A DNA stretch of 63,942 nucleotides, filler included, from Pelomyxa schiedti (lineage: Eukaryota > Protista > Evosea): the NCBI GenBank assembly GCA_020536535.1. It is 11 parts of 11 records of this genome, joined end to end, with 100 filler letters (N's around TTAATTAATTAA, not from the genome) between each part and the next. Parts side by side here need not be neighbours in the genome. Positions count along the whole stretch, not along the records: positions 62,911 to 63,942 come from JAHLWZ010002967.1; 10 more parts are not named here. One strand, written 5' to 3'. Numbering within the stretch: the first letter of the stretch is position 1; each line of letters starts with the position of its first letter. A program made the translations under genes and the position numbers. Of this stretch, positions 62,911 to 63,942 are shown in pieces. The notes below the pieces were generated by a model. It made no database searches, had not been told where the DNA came from, and saw only the letters and a list, made by a program, of their open reading frames with translations.

Positions 62911-63647
62911 ACCGGGTACAGCCGGCCCACAGCCACGTCCGTCCCATTATTGAGATTCAGGCTGGCCCACCCCACGCCCATGTCCACGGTCGCCAAGTCC
63001 GTGCCAACCAGAGTGAATTCCGGGTCCGTGGTGTCGATGTCGGGGGCCCACGTGCAGTAGAAGCCCACGTCGGCGTACAGCTCGGCCACGTCAACGGTCA
63101 GCAGCGAGATCTTGACGTCGCCTTCGTCGCCGGTGGCCCCCGCCGCCCGCAGCGCGAAGATCTGAACCTCGTCGCCCGAGAGCGGCCTGGACGACGACGA
63201 CTGCGACGAGGACGACTCGGACGACGACGAGAGCGAGTGCGACGATGACGACTCGGACGAGGACGAGGAGGACAAGGACGACGAGAGGGACGACGACGCG
63301 GAGGACGAGGCGGAAGAAGACAGGGAGGACGAGAGGGAGGACGACAAGGAGGAGGAGAGGGAGGAGGACAGCGACGAGGACAGAGAGGACGACAAGGACG
63401 ACGAGATGGAGGAGGATAGGGACGAGGAGGAGGAAGAGTACGAGGACTCGGAACCGGCTGCGGCGACGGGAGCAGGGCCAAGGGAAATGACCCCGGAAAG
63501 GGACAAGGAAATAGCGACCAGGAGGGACACAGGGACCCAAAATTGTGACCCCCCGCGAGGGTTGTGGTGTTGTTGTTGTTGCTGTTGTTGTTGTTGTGGC
63601 CGCATGTGCGTGGAGGTACTACGCAACGACGTCGTTGTGTTGCCCAC
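62911..63647 (-). CDS. Hypothetical secreted/membrane protein with poly-Gln, hydrophobic segment and long Ser tract; 3' truncated
   Basis: ATG at 63647; FWVPVSLLVAISLSLSGVI; ~85-aa poly-Ser region; then a globular region. Confidence 0.6.
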
Positions 63648-63942
63648 GGTTTTTTTGTTTGTTCGTTTGTGTAAGGGAAAGTTTGAGGCCCATTGCGAAA
63701 GTTCGTGCCTCTTCGATGACGATCATCAATACGAATTGCTCGAATTGATGAGTGAATCAGATTTAGAGGAAACGGAGCAAGTAAGGAAATGATGTTGTGT
63801 AGGTTATGCACAAACTGTTGTGTAGAGAGGGATCGAAGATACTAGTGGTTTGAATCATGACTTGGATGAGGGGGATGGGTCAATGTAGTTGTTGACAGAG
63901 TCAGGTGGTGGGTATGTTGGTGCAATGTAGCTTGGTGTTGTT

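Noticed and set aside
63091-63811. Several overlapping Arg/Pro/Val-rich ORFs
   Set aside because: Alternative-frame shadows of the poly-Ser coding tract

Overview
Eukaryotic (protist) genomic DNA, not prokaryotic. It is gene-dense, with many very short (~35-70 nt) GT-AG introns, a U2 snRNA gene, an actin-family fragment, a Rab GTPase and PP1. Gene content and style suggest an amoebozoan, possibly an archamoeba such as Pelomyxa; this is inference, not verified. The window is artificial: 11 contigs/scaffolds are joined by N44-TTAATTAATTAA-N44 linkers, so adjacency across linkers is meaningless. There are also three 100-N scaffold gaps. Recognisable genes: PP1 catalytic subunit, FMP42/SLC43-like MFS transporter, VID27, PLP-dependent class-V aminotransferase (2 copies), acyltransferase-3/SGNH (OafA-like), 4'-phosphopantetheinyl transferase, U2 snRNA, frameshifted SART1/Snu66, EGF-CUB-TM TKL kinase, SARAF, actin-like and MORN fragments, ankyrin + PINK1-like kinase, ankyrin protein, Rab1-like GTPase, LENG1, clan-A glycoside hydrolase and two integrase remnants. 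Most interesting unexplained signals: (1) a head-to-head pair of identical 95-nt structured elements with a B-box-like motif and oligo-T ends (candidate novel Pol III RNA); (2) a 282-aa protein of three helical repeats with metallothionein-like Cys linkers, duplicated together with a signal-peptide-bearing C-S lyase-like gene; (3) an intronless orphan family with an HxRxG/F-box-like motif also found at the C-terminus of an ankyrin protein; (4) a 165-bp inverted duplication within an FHA-like ORF; (5) a CpG-deamination signature between repeat copies; (6) a DUSE-like element upstream of U2. Exon boundaries were read by eye and are approximate.
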